Of a stretch of DNA of 32,000 nucleotides, positions 28,672-32,000 are shown piece after piece. The position numbers and the translations under genes were made by a program. The DNA comes from Bifidobacterium longum subsp. longum JCM 1217 (lineage in GTDB: Bacteria > Actinomycetota > Actinomycetes > Actinomycetales > Bifidobacteriaceae). Where the stretch lies: assembly GCF_000196555.1 (NCBI RefSeq), contig NC_015067.1:1380001-1412000 (forward strand), written 5' to 3'. The notes under the pieces are model-generated. The model was not told the DNA's origin. It did no database searches and worked only from the letters and a program-made list of their open reading frames with translations. How positions within the stretch are numbered: the stretch's first letter is position 1; every line of letters starts with the position of its first letter.

Positions 28672-30777
28672 ATGGCAATCAGTGCGAAGGAACTACCACT
28701 CGGGAAAGTGTTCACCCCGGATTTCCGGTTCACGATCCCCTCATTCCAGCGGGCCTACATCTGGAAGACCGAGAACATCCTGCAACTGGTAAGCGACTTG
28801 GATGACGCCTGCAAGTCGCCCGGTACTCCGTACTTCCTCGGCTCGCTAATTCTGGTGCGCGAGGGCGATAACCGTTACGACGTAATCGACGGGCAGCAGC
28901 GGCTGGTATCCCTGTCGATCATCATCGCCGTGTTGCGCGATCTGGAGCGCGATCCGGACCTCATGCGCCAACTCGATGCGCTGCTGGTGGAGCCCGGCGA
29001 CAAGCTGCGCGGCATCGTCACCGAGCCTCGCCTCACGTTGCGCGAGCGCGACGCAGCGTTCTTCCGCGAACACGTGCAGGAAGACAATCTCGAATCCGTG
29101 TTCGATATGAACGACGATGATCTAGCGACCGCAGCGCAACGCAATATCGTAGCCAACATCCGTAAGACGTACGACGAGATTTCCAATTGGTCGGATGCCG
29201 GACGCCAGCAATTCGCGCAGTATCTGGTCAACGAGGTGACGCTGGTCATCGTGACCACCGACGATCTCGACGGCGCGCATCGCATCTTCGACGTGATGAA
29301 CATGCGCGGCCTGCCGCTCACCTCGTCCGACGTGTTCAAGGCGCGCGCCACGGCCGGCCTGTCGACCGCCGAACTTGACGTGTACGCCGCCCGTTGGGAT
29401 GACATCATTGACCCGATTGGCGACGATCCGCATGACTGTGAGGAATTCTTCGCCTATCTGCATCTCGTGCTCACGCACAAGCCGGCCACCGACAAGCTCA
29501 TCGAGGATTTCCTGGCCGACGTGCTGCAACCGTACATCGACAAAGGCACGGTGCCCACGTTCATCAACCAGGTGCTGGCACCCTACGCGATGGCGTGGCG
29601 GATCATCGCGCGCCCCAGCGATACCGTACTGCCCGCCGAGGTGCGTAGCCGGCTTGAGGGATTGGATGATTACCGCAGCCACGAATGGAAGCCCGTGGCC
29701 ATGTGGGCGTTGGTCAATTCGTATCGCGGGCTGGGCGACGCCGATTTGTCGCCGTTTGTGGTTCGTGCCTCGCGTATCGCCAGAACCACGGCCACGCTGG
29801 AATCGTTGGGTGCCCATGACGAGCGTCGGCTGCTGGAAATTCTGACCGCATTGGAACAGGTGACCGGCATCCGCACGCTGAATCGCACTGGAGCGTTGGA
29901 GCGGCGCGGTTATGCGAACGCCGCCATCCGTGATCTTGACAAGGGCTATCTGGTCCAGCGCGTGAACGGGTTGCATGTCTCGGACGGCGACCGTGAAGGC
30001 GCATTGGTCCGTTTGCATGGCGAGATGCAGGGTGACGGCGATTTGGTCCGTCTGCTGCTGATTCGCGCCAACGAGCAGAAGGCCGGCATGCAGTTGGATC
30101 GACCACGCCGGTTCAGTGCGCTGCCGATTATGCCGTTGGATATCGAACGGTCGAAATCGTTTGCGGACTGGCCGCAGGATCAGCATGATTTCTGGATGTA
30201 CCGACTCGGCAATATGGCGCTGGTGCAGGGCCCTGAGGATCAGTTGGACAGGTTGAGTGAATATCCGGCACGTCGCGACCGCATGCTGTTGCGCGCGGAT
30301 TCGCGTCGTTTCCCGCTGACCAATCAGTTGAAGGATTTCGCTGACTGCACACCTGCCCTGTTGGAAGCGCGGCAGGAAGAGGCGGTCCGACTCATCGTGG
30401 AATACTGGGGCATCCGGTATGACAAGGACGCCCGCGATCTGACCAAGCAGAATGTCGATGAGTTGTCGAAGACCTCTCCACGGCCGTCTCATAGTTCGCG
30501 GCGCGTCACGATCCGGCAGGTGATTGACGCGGGTCTTCTGGTGCCGGGCGAGCGTCTGGTGTGGGAGCGGCCGCGCAAGGGCGAGCGCTGGTTCGTCACG
30601 GTCACCGAAAACGGTCGTCTCCGTCTGGATGACGGCTCCGAATATCCGACTCCGACCGCCGCGGCCCGTGCCGCCGCCGGAGGACGTCGCGGCGGCGGTC
30701 TGGACGTGTGGAAGCGCACGCGCAACGGCCAGAAGCTCAGTGACATCTGGAAGCAGTTCCGTCTGCAGGCGCAGTAG
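28672..30777 (+). CDS. DUF262 (ParB/GmrS-like NTPase) + degenerate DUF1524-like + C-terminal RAMA domain protein (GmrSD-type architecture)
   Basis: FTIPSFQRAYIW (28729-28764), DGQQR (28888-28902) and IFDVMNMRGLPLTSSDVF are DUF262 hallmarks. 30115-30300 reads SALPIMPLD..RLGNMALVQGPEDQLDRLSEYPARR, which is DUF1524-like but lacks the EH pair. The last ~90 aa are RAMA-like (VIDAGLLVPGERLVW..WFVTVTENGRLRLDDGSEYPTPTAAARAA). ATG 28672 follows GAAGGGG. Confidence 0.8.
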   Translation: MAISAKELPLGKVFTPDFRFTIPSFQRAYIWKTENILQLVSDLDDACKSPGTPYFLGSLILVREGDNRYDVIDGQQRLVSLSIIIAVLRDLERDPDLMRQLDALLVEPGDKLRGIVTEPRLTLRERDAAFFREHVQEDNLESVFDMNDDDLATAAQRNIVANIRKTYDEISNWSDAGRQQFAQYLVNEVTLVIVTTDDLDGAHRIFDVMNMRGLPLTSSDVFKARATAGLSTAELDVYAARWDDIIDPIGDDPHDCEEFFAYLHLVLTHKPATDKLIEDFLADVLQPYIDKGTVPTFINQVLAPYAMAWRIIARPSDTVLPAEVRSRLEGLDDYRSHEWKPVAMWALVNSYRGLGDADLSPFVVRASRIARTTATLESLGAHDERRLLEILTALEQVTGIRTLNRTGALERRGYANAAIRDLDKGYLVQRVNGLHVSDGDREGALVRLHGEMQGDGDLVRLLLIRANEQKAGMQLDRPRRFSALPIMPLDIERSKSFADWPQDQHDFWMYRLGNMALVQGPEDQLDRLSEYPARRDRMLLRADSRRFPLTNQLKDFADCTPALLEARQEEAVRLIVEYWGIRYDKDARDLTKQNVDELSKTSPRPSHSSRRVTIRQVIDAGLLVPGERLVWERPRKGERWFVTVTENGRLRLDDGSEYPTPTAAARAAAGGRRGGGLDVWKRTRNGQKLSDIWKQFRLQAQ

Positions 30778-30790
30778 CCGGCACATCATT

Positions 30791-30818
30791 GGTGGCTCCC
30801 CTCCGTGAGGGGAGCCAC
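30791..30818. terminator. Bidirectional hairpin between the DUF262 gene (+) and the PIN gene (-)
   Basis: ggtggctcccctc cgt gaggggagccac, a perfect 13-bp stem lying between convergent stops. Confidence 0.75.
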
Positions 30819-30826
30819 ACGCTTGT

Positions 30827-31318
30827 CTATGCCAGCGCCGCCACGATTTCAGCCGGCGTTTTGCAATATTCGGGAAAATGCTTGGCTAGTTTTTTGTCAT
30901 ACGTCACCACATAGGTGGCCCCGGATTGTTGTGCGGCGGCGATAATAAGGTCATCCTCGAAATCGTTATGCGCGTGCCGCAACGACTGCGCCAATTCACA
31001 TTCCTCCGCGCCAATCGGCACGATTGTCATGAGCTCCTTGAGTTTGCTGATTCCCGACCATGCCACCTCCGGCAATATCAGCTTGGCGGTGGTCGCAACG
31101 ACCATGGATTCGTCATTCATGAATCGTTCTTTGAATCGTTCCGGGGTGATGTAGAACACGTCCTTCAGCGACAGTGACGCACAGGACAGCTTTACCTCCC
31201 GCTCGACGCATCGCTCGAACAGTTTCATGACATCCTTGATGAACCGAGGCGTACAGAGCATGTAATAAATAAGGATATTGGTGTCGCACAAGATCGACAC
31301 CTGCTTTGACTGCCTCAT
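30827..31318 (-). CDS. PIN-domain ribonuclease toxin (VapC-like), 163 aa
   Basis: N-terminal ILCDTNILIYY (first catalytic Asp), DFEDDLIIAAAQQSGATYVVTYD (distal acidic residues). The ATG overlaps the antitoxin stop (ATGA, 31315-31318). Confidence 0.8.
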   Translation of the reverse strand: MRQSKQVSILCDTNILIYYMLCTPRFIKDVMKLFERCVEREVKLSCASLSLKDVFYITPERFKERFMNDESMVVATTAKLILPEVAWSGISKLKELMTIVPIGAEECELAQSLRHAHNDFEDDLIIAAAQQSGATYVVTYDKKLAKHFPEYCKTPAEIVAALA

Positions 31319-31707
31319 GACAGACTCCGCTCCTTCTCCAAATAACGCGCATAGTCCGACTGATGCCTGTATTCCTTCAGCCGTTCGTCAGCTATCTCAT
31401 CGCGGAACTGCTTGTAGGTAAGGCCTTCCATGAGGTCGGTGTCTTCTGAGATCAGTCCGGCCTTGACCAGTTCCTTGTGTACGTATCCGGCACCTTCTCG
31501 AATCAGTTTCAGCTTGCGCTGCTTTTCCTCCTCGCGGGCTTGCTCTTCGGCGGTCGTTTCCAAGGCCGGCACTTCCTTGCGGTCGGCGATGTACAACCAC
31601 AGCGACCGGATTACGTCACTCACCGATACGCCTTTGCCCTTGAGGACTTCTTCGACCTCGTTCTTCAGTTTCGCATCAATGCGAACGTTCATTTGGACCA
31701 TGGTCAT
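31315..31707 (-). CDS. RelB/DinJ-type ribbon-helix-helix antitoxin with long C-terminal extension
   Basis: MNVRIDAKLKNEVEEVLKGKGVSVSDVIRSLWLYI is RelB/DinJ-like. GGAGG lies 5 nt before ATG 31705-31707. Four-nucleotide overlap with the PIN gene. Confidence 0.75.
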   Translation of the reverse strand: MTMVQMNVRIDAKLKNEVEEVLKGKGVSVSDVIRSLWLYIADRKEVPALETTAEEQAREEEKQRKLKLIREGAGYVHKELVKAGLISEDTDLMEGLTYKQFRDEIADERLKEYRHQSDYARYLEKERSLS

Positions 31708-31726
31708 GGCAACCTCCATTCCAAAG

Positions 31727-31745
31727 ATGCTATACAGTATAGCAT
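31727..31745. promoter_or_regulatory. Perfect 9-1-9 palindrome, likely toxin-antitoxin operator overlapping the -10
   Basis: atgctatac a gtatagcat. On the minus strand it contains TATACT, about 20 nt upstream of the antitoxin RBS. Confidence 0.6.
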
Positions 31746-31758
31746 ACTGACGTGCATG

Positions 31759-31791
31759 AAAAAGGCCGGCATCCGTTGGTGGATACCGACC
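31759..31791 (-). terminator. Intrinsic terminator (third hairpin after the aconitase gene)
   Basis: Minus strand: ggtcggtatcc accaac ggatgccggcc followed by ttttt (two G-U pairs). Confidence 0.7.
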
Positions 31792-31805
31792 TTTACTCCC
31801 CCTCA

Positions 31806-31842
31806 GTCAGCTTCGCTGACAGCTCCCCTCAGAGAGGGGAGC
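31806..31842 (-). terminator. Two further hairpins immediately after the aconitase stop
   Basis: gtcagc ttc gctgac (31806-31820) and gctcccctc aga gaggggagc (31822-31842). Neither has its own T-run. Confidence 0.45.
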
Positions 31843-31851
31843 CAGAATAAG

Positions 31852-32000
31852 TCACTTCATGAGGTTGCGCAGCACGTACTGGAGGATGCCGCCGTTACGG
31901 TAGTAGTCGGCCTCACCGGGCGTGTCGATGCGGACCACCGCGTCGAACTCGGTCTTGGAGCCGTCCTCGTGGGTGGCGGTGACGTGGACCGTCTTGGGGG
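31852..32000 (-). CDS. acn: Aconitate hydratase, C-terminal 49 codons only (gene continues beyond window)
   Basis: Minus-strand translation ..[48 protein letters not shown] matches the conserved AcnA C-terminus (RIDTPxExxYYxNGGILxYVLR). Confidence 0.75.
   Translation of the reverse strand, partial: PKTVHVTATHEDGSKTEFDAVVRIDTPGEADYYRNGGILQYVLRNLMK

Noticed and set aside
29122-30789. 555-aa minus-strand ORF inside the DUF262 gene
   Set aside because: Antisense shadow of a clearly motif-bearing plus-strand gene. It has no start context and low-complexity R/Q/H-rich translation.

Overview
High-G+C actinobacterial chromosome segment. Gene content, protein sequences and synteny look Bifidobacterium-like, but this is inference because no search was run. 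Most of the window is core housekeeping: the 3' part of a PASTA Ser/Thr kinase, plsC, trpD, secA, hpf and RNase P RNA. It also holds the conserved actinobacterial block ftsK-pgsA-cinA-clgR-DUF3046-recA-recX (LexA box upstream of recA), miaB-miaA, a small alarmone synthetase, an EamA transporter and a Bax-inhibitor-1 family protein. Two parts look accessory or decayed. (i) 3.57-6.25 kb holds a truncated solute-binding-protein N-terminus, a frameshifted ISL3-type transposase relic and a cluster of short inverted motif copies. (ii) 24.7-31.8 kb holds a DUF4352-like membrane protein, a HisKA_3 histidine kinase / NarL-type response regulator pair and a GNAT acetyltransferase. The same block also carries a 701-aa DUF262 / DUF1524-like / RAMA protein (GmrSD-type architecture, but the nuclease motif appears ablated) and a lower-G+C PIN/RHH toxin-antitoxin cassette with a perfect palindromic operator. 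Three other points deserve a second look: a single-chain VbhA-like + Fic protein with a degenerate Fic motif, an orphan promoter-to-terminator unit (~290 nt) just upstream of rnpB, and a family of near-identical GGCTCCCC hairpin terminators. No rRNA, tRNA or CRISPR array was seen. Start codons were chosen by hand from RBS spacing and are less certain than stops. All domain calls rest on remembered family motifs, not on searches.
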